A stretch of DNA of 64,000 nucleotides from Octopus sinensis (taxonomy: Eukaryota): contig NC_042999.1 in NCBI RefSeq assembly GCF_006345805.1, forward strand, positions 165,478,001-165,542,000. The letters run 5' to 3'. A model generated the notes under the pieces. That model had not been told where the DNA came from. It saw only the letters and a program-made list of their open reading frames with translations, and searched no databases. The position numbers and the translations under genes were made by a program. Below, piece after piece: positions 53,255 through 64,000 of this stretch; position 1 is the stretch's first letter, and every line of letters starts with the position of its first letter.

Positions 53255-53447
53255 ATTTAAGAGATGAGGAATTATGTACATTATTTACATTATTTACATT
53301 ATTTACAATTGACAGATATTTGTCCTCATCTTGTTTGTTGTTAGTACAACGTTTCGGCTGATATACCCTTCAGCCTTCATTAGATGTCTTGGGGAAATTT
53401 CAAACCTGGGACAAGATGAAGACAAATATCCATCAATTGTAAATAAT
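53255..53447 (-). mobile_element. Penelope-type pLTR fragment with a short inverted end
   Basis: Minus strand acat-CTAATGA-aggctg..cagcc-GAAACGTT-gta. Inverted copy of its own terminus at 53411-53447. Confidence 0.6.
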
Positions 53448-53459
53448 ATATTATTATTA

Positions 53460-55222
53460 TTTTTTTTTTTTTTATCTTCTTTCTTCAAATTTTCTTCCGT
53501 TTCTCGCCAAGTATTTTCCATACACCTAGGGTATAGAAGCTCATTGTATGCATTCCCAGATTACATGCGCAAATTCACAGACAAAATATGTATTTAAAAA
53601 TTAATAAATAAATAAATTCATGGATGGATGGTGTTTTCACAGCGATAAGCTCTTCTCAGTTCATGAGCCGTTCCAGTTAATATGATTTTTTGCACTTCCT
53701 GTAGGGATGGTAAGCCTGGTATCATTTTCAAATAGGTTTCAGTACCTTTTTTTATCATTCCTAGAGATCCTACAATCACTGGTACTGTAGTCGCCTTGAG
53801 ATGCCACATTTTTTCAATTTCTATTAGCAAGTCTTTATATTTACTAATCTTGTCAAATTCTTTCGCCGCTATATTGTGATCGCAAAGGATACACGTGTCA
53901 ATTAATAAACACATCTTTTTTGTCTGATCTTTTATAATAATATCCGGTTTATTAGCTTTTATAGTCCTTCGGACTGCACGGGGAAGTCCCATAGAATTGA
54001 CACATTTTCTCCCTCAGTCACAGCTTCAGGATGGTGTTTATACCATTTGTCAGCAGTTTTGATTTTATAATTCCGACATGTTGTCCAGTGTAAATACTGG
54101 CCGACTCTGTCATGTCTTGCTTTATATTCTGCAGGTGCTAAGACTCTACACCCTGAGATTAGGTGGTCTATTGTTTCAATCTCATCGTTACAGAATCGGC
54201 ATTTTGGGTCAGCTCCATTTTTTATCACATTGGCTTGGTAGTTCCGGGTTAATAAGCTTTGGTCTTGAGCAGCTAATATGAAAGCTTCACTCTCTGCTTT
54301 TAGCCCTGAGCTTCGTAACCATTGGTGCGTGTGTTTCTCGTCGACATCAGCTTTTTTGCTACGGGCCACATACTTGCCATGCAGAGGTTTCTGTTCCCAT
54401 CTGCTAGCTAATTTTTCATGTTCTTTTGTTTTTGCAACTAATTTTATCTTCTTTGCAGCAGCAGTTGGCGCATTTCCTTCAACCTGATCAATCTAGTGGG
54501 TACTAAGAGATCAGTAGCGAATTTTTTGCTCTCTTTGAGAATAGAGGGAAGTTTTTTCGGTCTTTCATGTTTTTCAACAAGTTTTAGCATCCAATCGTTG
54601 GTTGCTTCAAGGTATTTGGCCAGTCCGATTGGGGTAGTTTTGTATGTAAGTTCAAGCTGGATCAAACCTCGACCTCCCTGAGCTCTGGGAAGGTAAAGAC
54701 GATCCACGTCTGCCTTTGGATGGTGCATCTTATTACAAGTCAGTAGCTTGCGGATTTTTCTGTCAATTTTCATTATTTCACTGGTATTCCAGTTAAGCAC
54801 ATTGAAGCTATAAAGAACAACTGGTACTGCTAAGGAATTTATGGCTAACACCTTATTATATGCATTCAGCTCAGACTTCAGGACTGCCCGAACTCTTCTA
54901 TAACATTCCTTCCTAACCTTCTTTTTCATGCTTGCATGCTGGATACCAGAGCCTTCATTTATTCCTAGGTATTTATAGGTTTGTTCCTGCTCAAGTTCCT
55001 TTATTACTGTTTCGACATCTAATTCGATTGAACTTGACCAATTTCCCTTTCTTAAAAGTGGATTTGGCACACTTTTCAAGGCCAAACTCCATCCCGATAT
55101 CATCACTGAATCCTTTCACAGTATGTAGTAGTCCTTCAAGCTCTTCATCATCTTTGCCATATAGTTTTAAATCATCCATATAAAATAAAAATATAAAATA
55201 GATGGCTTATTTTCCTGTTGTT
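53460..55222 (-). mobile_element. 5'-truncated R4/Dong-clade non-LTR retrotransposon (RT C-half, CCHC, restriction-like endonuclease), frameshifted
   Basis: ISHLF(Y)MDDLKLY, GLEKCA, YKYLG, RLYLPR..GGRGL, CRFC...ETIDHL.SGC, RHD, KPDI..ID..K..KY..L, PVIVGSLG. Flanked on both sides by (TAA)n. Confidence 0.92.
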
Positions 55223-56524
55223 ATTATTATTATTATTATTATTAAGGTGGTAAGCTGACAGAATTATAATCTTTTATTTTAGACCCACATAAAAATACAT
55301 ACTTTTTAAAAAATTTTTTTTCTTTTTTCTTCCAAGCAACATATTTATGTTCAGTTTTGTCATACAAGACCTTTCTTGCTATGTCATTCTCTGGAGACAA
55401 TATCTATAAAGAATTTAAGCACTCTTTAGTTATAGTGGACTTAAATATGTTTTATGAAGGTTGGTTTTCTGCTCCACTGTGGGTTTTTTTTTTTTCTTTG
55501 CTTGTTTCAACTGTAGATATTGACAGGCTTGACATTGTAAAATTAGTTTGATAGTTTTTTAACATTTAGGATTTTTCCACTTATGTACTTTCATAAATTC
55601 ATTGTTAGGCCTCTAACATTTTGACCTCTATTTAAAAAAAAAAAAACGTAAAAATGACATTGAACACAGCATAAAGTACAAAAAAAAACTACAACCAATT
55701 TGTCAAGTGCACCTAAGTACGGTAGTAATATTAGCACTTCAGTTTCCTTTTTGCTCACATGTCAGCCAAGAAACTTGCATGTTGCACTGTAGATGACATG
55801 TTTTTTTTTTCTGTGTTCTGAGATTTCTTAAGATGCAAATATTCATAACACTTGTTTACTAAATTATGGTCGATTTTGTTTTAATATGAAAATTACGAGT
55901 TTAATATTGTGCACACCAGTTTCAGAATTGTTTAGTAATTCTGAGAATGACTTGAATCTTTCCACAGTCCACTCATATGTATCAGTTGTGCTCTAGCATA
56001 ACTGGAATATAAATCAATAATACTATTGGTTTAGTAACTATCCTTAATTTGTCAGCTTCTCTCAAAGAACAGTCGCTACTTGTTCCATCTGAAAATTTCT
56101 TTGTAACCAGACATTTGGAAGCATCAGAGTAACTTCGGGGTGCAATTCTGTTAGTTCTTGACTTTTGTTTACCTTTTTAGTAAACTAACTCCCATCCATC
56201 ACAGAGCTAACCTGTGACTGTTACTGGTACTCATTTTCAGCTGAATGGACTGGAGCAATGTGAAATAATGCGCTTTGTTCAGGAATACAATGTGCCACCC
56301 AGTCTGAGAATAAAAGCTTTGATTTTACAGTCATGAATCCAGCACCTTAACTACAAGGCCTCACACCTTCACAATCTAACCCTATTTCACTTTTATTACC
56401 AAACCTCACTTTTCTAAATATAACATTTACCTTTGATTAGGAGTAATTGAAATATTGTATTTTATGAGCATATTATTGAAAAACATTCTTGACTACACTA
56501 TTCAGGTTACTATCTTGTAGCATT

Positions 56525-56744
56525 ATATATCTTTACTACCCACAAGGGGACAAACAAGGACAGACGAACGGATGAAGTCGATTAAATCGACCCTAGTGCG
56601 TAACTGGTACTTTATTTATCGACCCCGAAAGGATGAAAGGTAAAGTCAACCTCGGCGGAATTTGAACTCAGAACGTAACGGCAGACGAAATACGGCTACG
56701 CATTTTGCCCGGCGTGCTAACGTTTCTGCCAGCTCGCCGCCTTG
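56525..56744 (-). mobile_element. Young family-B SINE with a 15-bp TSD
   Basis: TSD ctatcttgtagcatt at 56510-56524 and 56745-56759. CpGs are retained. Confidence 0.9.
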
Positions 56745-57749
56745 CTATCTTGTAGCATTGTGATTGCTTTTCAATGGCACCTTTTTATTTTTCATTGTGT
56801 TTTGACAAGTCATCTATTATTCATATCTGCTGAACAAGATGTATTTATTACTTTTCAATTTGTGTTTTCATTGTACATAGGTAAAATTGTTATTATTTGT
56901 TGTAATGTTAAATCTTACAATGAATAACAACCCTTGCAATGGTATTGGAGTAAGCTCCCACTAACTAAGAAGTGCATTTCATGTCTAGATGTCTAACTCC
57001 TGGCTTTCTTGTGCCTCTTAGTCCAGCAGAACTGTACTGAAAGAAGGAGTAAAAGTGGATGCTGGCATCCTAAAACCAAGGCTTCAGAGAGATGACTCTC
57101 TTCAATTTGGGAAAGCTGTTTATCTATGAGAGGGCAAATTCTGATTTCAAACCTTTTCTGCTTTGCAGCAATACTCATCTATGAGGAAGACTTTGAGAAG
57201 CAGTCCTAAGGCAAAGTCCCAAAGGTGGTTCAACATTGTTTTCAATATTGTTCCAGCAACTTATACACCAGCATTGGTGCTATGCTTTATAAACCCTTAC
57301 CCATCTCTTGGACAACACCAGTAATGTGTAAAAAAAGAGAGCTGTTGCATGAGCAACTGCTGATCTTCCATACAAACCCTGCCTAGGCTTGCACTCTGGA
57401 GAATACCTTGCAAATTTTAAACTCAGCTAATTTCTTTCTTATATATTTTAGGATATAATGGGGGTGGGGTGGGCATACACATGTCTGTGTGCATGTGCAT
57501 ATACCTAATCAAGAGTCCAGTTGCAGAGAAAAATAAAAATCAGTAATTTTGAATTGAGCACTTTATCACATTTTGTCATCAATTCTAGTTACATATTGAA
57601 ACACAGTGTCTGATATTTCTGTGCAAGAAGAATGGTATTGCCATACCACTTTTAAAATACTAGAATATTCTGATCTGGAGCACCAGCTTCAGTTTCTTTT
57701 GTTTTCCTTTTTCATTTTCTTTTGATTTCTCAATAGCTTTACCAATTTT

Positions 57750-58290
57750 GCAGCTCATGTGATACTAACAATCAAACTCAGTAATAATATTTGAAGGCTT
57801 AGTGTCAATACCAGTTCCTCCCGTGCTTCCAAACACATAAGGCAGCAAGCTGGACCGTTGGTTTCTTTGCTAGTAGTTTTCTCTTCATCTGGCCATATGA
57901 TATTGGCCTCACTCATGTCAGTTATGAATGTTCTGCACTCCATAGTTTTTTGGTCTTCCTCTCTTTCTTCTTCCTTCCAGTGGTTTCCATTTGAAAGTTG
58001 TTTTAAAATGGTGTTGTTCTGGTAGTCAGAGTATGTAACCTGCTAGTTTTAGTCTACATTCTCTGATGATTTTGCTAAATGGTCTTATGCTTACTTTCTT
58101 TAGAAAGTCTTCATTGGTTATATAGGTTTGCCAATAAATTCTCAGAATCCTTCTCAAATATTTTTGGTGGAATACATCTAGCTTTTTGTCAATTTTTACA
58201 GTACTGTTTCATGTCTCACTAGCATAGAGAACTACTTGTAGAACTATGCTATTACAGAGTCGGATTTTTGTGTGTAAGTTGATGGTGTTG
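57750..58290 (-). pseudogene. RTE LINE 3' fragment
   Basis: KIRLCNSIV..VLYASET..KLDVFHQKYLRRILRIYW..ITNE..LAGYIL..WKP.EGRRKRGRPK. Confidence 0.8.
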
Positions 58291-58329
58291 AAGGACCATA
58301 CAGCATGCATTCTCTAGCAAACTGAGTAG

Positions 58330-59190
58330 TACCTGTAATTCAAAAAAGGGTTATTTTACAGCTGGAACTGAGTTCCACAACTTGAATTTCTTCATCACAT
58401 TTATATTATTCAAAATCTACTTTTTCATCACAAGCACTATTTCTGAAGAGATTTTAAGAAAACTGAGTGTTTTGTCAGCATTTTATGATTGATTCAGCTT
58501 TCACTGCCCACCACATAGTTGCTATCTTATCAGCCACTTGTTTAGCATCAGTTATTAGGATTTCCTCACTGTTGTTCATATCAAACATAATCTTTCCAAT
58601 GTTATTTTTTCTGTAATGACTTTTCAAGGTGTGTATTATCCCTAGATGCAATGCTTCTAAAGATAATTCACAGTAAAACTTGCAGTGAAATTTGGTGGAA
58701 AATACTCAACTCAAACATTATATAAATAAGGCTGTTTTTTATGTTCAAAACAGTGGTCTATCAACAGTAATTATTTCCATTTTGCTGTCCATTTCATTTA
58801 ACCAAGAAGCAAATAAATCTTTTGTGATCCAAGCCTTTTTGTGGGCATCATATTTAACTAAAAATATTTACATTTCTTAAGTATCTTGGATTTCTTGGTC
58901 TCCCACAAATAAATTTACATAATTTCTCAGTTCTCATTACATGGCAACACTTTTGAGTCACTGATATTTTCAGGCCAATGTTGGATGGCTTAAATGTATT
59001 TTGTGGTTGATACAGATGAACAGCCTGAGTTATCTGTATTGATGTAGCTGATGTTACAGTACTAAAGAAACGATTGAATGGAAAGGGAAAAACATTATCA
59101 TTCTTACAACAAAGAAGACATATTTAATGCAGATGGAATTGATGGGTTTTTTACCAGTTGTGCAAAACCAAATTAAACAGTCCTGTTAAC
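58330..59190 (-). pseudogene. Decayed pogo/Tigger-type transposase
   Basis: VKYDAHKKAWITKDLFASWL, EYFPPNFT, GIIHTLKSHYRK and W.AVKAESIIKC match DDE_1 motifs (Y.AN.KAWMT..F..W; FLPPN.T; GII..LK..YR). Confidence 0.75.
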
Positions 59191-59959
59191 TTAACTCTTT
59201 GTATATCCACATTTCAATAGTCAGGTTAACGAAAAATCAACCAAATTAATAGGCATGGCTGTGCGGTAAGAAGTTTGTTTCCTAGCCACATGGTTCTGGG
59301 TTCAGTCTCACTGTGTAGCATCTTGGGCAAATGTCTTCTACTAGAGCCTTGGGCTGACCAAAGCCTTGTAAGTGGATTTGGTTGATGGAAACTGAAAGAA
59401 GCTTGTCATATATGTGTGTGTGTGTGTATGTATTTATATGTATGTCTCTTTATGTCTGTGTTTGTACCCCACCATCACTTGACAACCACTGTTAGTGTGT
59501 TTACATCCCTGTAACTTAGCGGTTCAGCAAAAGAAACCAATAGAATAAGTACTAGGTTTACAAAGAATAAATCCTGGTGTCAATTTGTTTGACTAAAAGA
59601 CCCCTTAAGGCAATTCTCCAGCATAGCTGCAGTCAAATGATTGAAACAAGTAAAAGAATGAAAGAATAACATCAGAGTTTTGAACGAGGGGTTGATTTTT
59701 TTTTTAATAGATTTTCTGTGTAATGTCTTTGTGTCTGACTTCACTGACTCTTATGAAAGTGAAAACATTACCATTTATAACTGAAGCACTTGATATGGTA
59801 GAGAATAACATGAAAAAGATATAAAACCACACTATGCCTAACAAATCTACAGTCGGTCTAAAAAATAGGTACAGCCCACATTCTGTACAAGTACAGTTTC
59901 CAACAACTTCTACAGCACATATTCTATAAAATCACCACCCTCCCTTCCCAGCTCAAGTC

Positions 59960-60505
59960 AGTGAGGCCAGACTTAAGGGATCGTAAAAGATCTGATGGCA
60001 TGACGGTTTTCCTGTTCTGTGGTGGTAGGCCCCTCTTCTGGGATGACACATACTGTGACATCTTCTCCAGTAGCAACTCGGACTGTTCAGCTACCAGTCC
60101 AGCCTCTATTGCTCATCAGGTCAAAGAATGGCAAACTCAAAATATTTGTTTCTTTATTGCCCACAGGGGGCTAAACACAGAGAGGACAAACAAGGACAGA
60201 CAAATGGATTAAGTCGATTATATCGACCCCAGTGCGTAACTGGTACTTATTTAATCGACCCCGGAAGGATGAAAGGCAAAGTCGACCTCGACGGAATTTG
60301 AACTAACGATTCTGCCAGCTTGCCGCCTTATTGACTACTCTCTGAGAGGTTTGTGGTCAAGCTTGTGGCAATGGAGATCTCCAGTATTCTCAGTCCCACC
60401 AGACTATATCCCTATCCACCACTATTGCAATCTCAAGTGCAAGCCTTGTTAGTCAGAATGGCTGTTCCAGCAAGTCTCCCTCACCATCCTTTGGAGCAAC
60501 GGTTT
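59960..60505 (+). pseudogene. CRE-like non-LTR RLE-domain remnant, split by a family-B SINE
   Basis: DRKRSDGMTVF.F.GGRPL.WD.T..D.F, then after the SINE LVAME and EWLFQQVSLTILWSN, resembling RPDG..WD.T..ET.G..L.QR.S.A..RGN. Confidence 0.6.
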
Positions 60506-61316
60506 TTCCATTTTGTCCTATAGGACCATAAGGCAGACTGACAAGTCTTTTTAAATATTAATTGTTACCTAGTGATCTCCCATAAACACACCACACACAC
60601 ACACACACACACATATTTATATAACCCTACTTAAATAAAATAGAATTAATTACATAAAAAACAATAATGTCTCATAACATAACCCCAACAACATGTAATC
60701 TAAATGGTCACCATCTTGTAACTTAAAACAGCACATTCTCTTACATGATCAACACTTGTTATTATAATACATCCTACACACCACAAACAACTTACACCAA
60801 AACATATTCTACACACACACACCCTGCAACGACATACAATATAACACCAGTCACACAGCACATACTCTACACAATCACTACCCAACATTAAAATGCATAA
60901 CTGGTACTTTGCTGGTTATGACGGCAAGGGTTCCAATTGATCCACCCCACAGAACATTCAGCTTATGAAATTAACGTGCAAGTAGCTGAGCACTCCACAA
61001 ACACGTGTACCCTTTACAGGGAGATTTAGCATGGTGCAGAATGTGACAAGGCCGGCCCAGTGAATTACAGATACTACTCATTTTTACCAGCTGAGTGAGC
61101 TAGAGCAATGTGAAATAAAGTGCTTTGCTCAAGGACACAATGTGCTACCAGGAATTGAACTCATAACCTTATGATTATGAGCCAAATACCCTAACCACTA
61201 AGTCACATGCCTTCACTAAAATACATAGAACATGTGAGATATAATCATCACCTAATAAAATAATGCTAATTCACAATAGCACATATATTTTTAAGTTCTA
61301 TGTTTAAGAGATGAGG

Positions 61317-61464
61317 AATTATGTACATTATTTACAATTGACGGATATTTCTCCTCATCTTGTTTGTTGATAATACAACATTTCGGTTGATATACCCTCC
61401 AGCCTTCATCAGATGTCTTGGGGAAATTTTGAACCTGGGTTCTCATTCCTAAAGTATTTTTCGG

Positions 61465-61498
<34 letters not shown>

Positions 61499-61659
61499 TG
61501 ATGATGATAATAACATTGAAAAATACCTTAGGAATGAGAACCCAGGTCTGAAATTTCCCCAAGACACCTGATGAAGGCTGGAGGGTATATCAGTCGAAAT
61601 GTGTTAACAACTAACAAGTTGAGGACAAATATCCATCAAATGTAAATAATGTATAAATT
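61317..61659. mobile_element. Inverted pair of Penelope-type pLTR fragments around (TAA)n/(GAT)n, each with a hammerhead core
   Basis: Arms 61317-61466(-) and 61514-61659(+). Each has CTGATGA-aggctggagggtatatca(g/a)(t/c)c-GAAA. Confidence 0.7.
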
Positions 61660-62099
61660 ACTTTATGTCAACTTCTCTTTAGTCTTTCTTCTCTTCTACA
61701 GTTTAGATTATGGGTGCCAGCATGGCTATCATACAATATTGCATGGGATCTTTTAATCTGTTTGTTTGTGTTTTTTTTTTGTTGTTTTTTTATTAATAAA
61801 TTGTCATTGTTTATTTTGTCCTTTTATATATTTTAAAATTTCAGAAAATTATTTCTTTAAATTCTTTGGAATTATGTGGAATTTTATAATAATGTCCAAG
61901 ACTAAACATCTTCTTGATATTATATTTATGCTTTGTACTCAAATAACCAAATTTATTGACAGTACACCAACTATGCTGTGTATGTGTGACCTTGATCGTT
62001 AGCCTTATAATAGCTATTTCATACCCTGTTCTTTAGTAATTGATTTACAATGCTAGATTAAATATATTGGGTGCAATTAGTAATTTGTTGCAAGTTGAA

Positions 62100-62463
62100 C
62101 AATGAAAGATTTGGAAGGTCAGCATGTTTGCGTGAAATTCTGTTTGAAGTCAGGAAAAATTTTTATGATGACTTTGATGATGTTGCAAGAGGCCTATGGA
62201 AAGTATTGTTTGAGCAATCTCACAAGTGGTACCAGTATTTCAAATCAGGAAGAATATTCACTGAAGGCAATCCCAATTCTGAGTGACTCTTCACCTTTGT
62301 GAAGAGTCACATTACTTTCTGAAAGATATCCTCATAAATAACAAAACATATGTGTATGGCTACAATATTAAATTATAAAGAAAGACAAGTCTGATTCAAA
62401 TGTAAGTAAAGCAATAAACTGGTTTTGTAAAAAGTTCATTTTCTTTTGGGGACAGACTTCATA
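62100..62463 (+). pseudogene. Internally deleted, decayed mariner (N-terminal HTH)
   Basis: QHVCVKFCLKSGK...LQEAYGK..LS / KWYQYFKSGR..EG.P.S matches QR..IKFC..LGK...L..AYG..LS..W...FK.GR..ED..RSGRP. Confidence 0.7.
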
Positions 62464-63680
62464 TCTTCTGCTGGGGTATTATGTTCAGTAAAACAATTCC
62501 AACAGTGAATTAAAAATAGGTTGTGAATGTCATTTCTCAAGAAATTACTCCTACAATCCGATACAAAATTAGTTCCAGTTATTATTCAAAACTTGATGGC
62601 TATTACTGATAGAAAGCAGCTACAGAAAATATATGCTATACCAATTCATGCAAATAAATCCAGACATTTTAGAAAACAGGCAATAGAAATTCAGAATATT
62701 TATTCTTTTTCTAATGGCATTACTGATGTCAGTGAACCAATGTTGACCAGACATTGAAACAGGATTAAGAGCTCAATCTACTAAACATTTTGCAAATTAT
62801 AATACAGCTGACTGTTTTGAATTTTTGCTTCTCATTAGTTGGTCATATTTTTTTTCATGGTTTTGCTGAGTATCCTGACTGTACATTATAAATGCTTTTT
62901 AAAGTGACACACTTAGATGAAATGTGTTTTCTCAAATATCAAAATGTTGCATCTAAAAGAATTTGTATTCCACTTCTTCGTTAAACTAAAAAGGGTTGTG
63001 TTTGTTCTAAGCTATAATATATATAATACAGAGAAATTTATTTTGGACCTTCATGGTTACGTTCAGCATATTTTTCTTTAAGAAATACAAGAATTTATTA
63101 AGAAGTGATGTTTGGTATAACAAAGTAATTCCAAATAATTATCAGAATTTTATGCCCTAAAAACAATTGCTATTAAACATATTAAGTGTAATAGTCACTA
63201 GCTTTAGCCATAACGGTATACAGTAGCTGACAATACACAACAGAGCTCTCAGTTGAAGATGTGCACAGTTAATGAGATACTAACTCTTGCAATTTTCCCA
63301 AAGTTCTTGCTTACTTCCTTGGTTTTGTTATATACAGTGATTCATATACCAAAATAATCAATTGTATGTATGCATGTGAGAATAGAAGTGGCTAATTCCA
63401 AGAAGGAAATATGAGAAATAGCTTGTTTAGAAAGTGGACTTGTGTAGTCAACAGTAACACAACTGAAAGAAGCAGAGTAAGAGAAAATTGTCAAGAGAGA
63501 GGTAATTAATGATATATGGAAATGTGTGTATATATATGTGTGTGTGTGTGTGCACGTGTGTGTATGTGTGTATACATCTGAAGCAAAATGTTTTTATGGG
63601 CTCTTAAGGTATTACTGTGGGTCCCCAATTTACTATTTTACTTGCTTGGACACCCCCCCCCAAAAAAAAACTGTAGTATA

Positions 63681-63902
63681 TCTCAGCTTAATAATTCAGA
63701 AGATTTTTCAGCTTGCTGGACACAAAAACATATTTAACCTTAGTATTGTCGTGAACTATCTTGACCAGTCTTATATGGACCTCAGGGGTCATCTGGACCC
63801 CAGTTGAGAACTACTGGTCAAGAAAGTTCACCACTATACTAAGGTCAAATGTATTTTTTTGTGTCCAGCAAGCTGAAAAATCTTCTGAGTATTAAGCTGA
63901 GA
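63681..63902. repeat. Inverted repeat with ~89-bp arms and a 43-bp loop
   Basis: 63681-63769 versus 63813-63902 are reverse complements with scattered mismatches. Confidence 0.9.
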
Positions 63903-64000
63903 AAATTATTGGTATATCAGTCAATCTTATCAGTTAGTAAACAGTTCTAAAATATTATTGTTCAACTAATCAAGTGAATCAATAACTTATAGTTTCAGAT

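Noticed and set aside
55980-56175. Open minus-strand stretch (KQKSRTNRIAPRSYSDASKC..) as a possible exon
   Set aside because: No good acceptor/donor pair or known motif; cannot be supported.
61702-61760. Strong acceptor (ctcttctacAG) as the missing CFAP300 last exon
   Set aside because: No frame resembles the CFAP300 C-terminus.

Overview
Eukaryotic, AT-rich, repeat-dominated animal DNA. The tRNA-derived SINE families and long (TA)n/(ATT)n/(CAT)n microsatellites look like an Octopus (coleoid cephalopod) genome; this is an inference. Host genes: two + strand coding exons of CFAP300/C11orf70 (276-448, 1710-1776; I could not find the last coding exon) and a - strand single-coding-exon four-TM tetraspanin-like gene (16082-16861) with candidate 5'UTR exons. 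The most striking element is a young 3.4-kb Ty3/Gypsy (Mag-like) LTR retrotransposon (35814-39234). It has near-identical 218-bp LTRs, a tRNA-Leu PBS, a PPT and one uninterrupted 919-aa Gag-protease-integrase ORF with no RT or RNase H. Other notable items: Penelope-type hammerhead ribozyme motifs, including a head-to-head palindromic pair at 24872-24996; an RTE LINE insertion with a twin-priming 5' inversion and 13-bp TSD; a circularly permuted 28S rRNA fragment fused to a gag remnant; an R4/Dong LINE inside (TAA)n; a full-length dead mariner; pogo, CR1, CRE, RTE and Penelope fossils; MITEs; and many palindromes. Almost all short ORFs in the supplied track are microsatellite or SINE artefacts. 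Family assignments come from motif recognition only, no searches were run, and repeat boundaries without a TSD are approximate.
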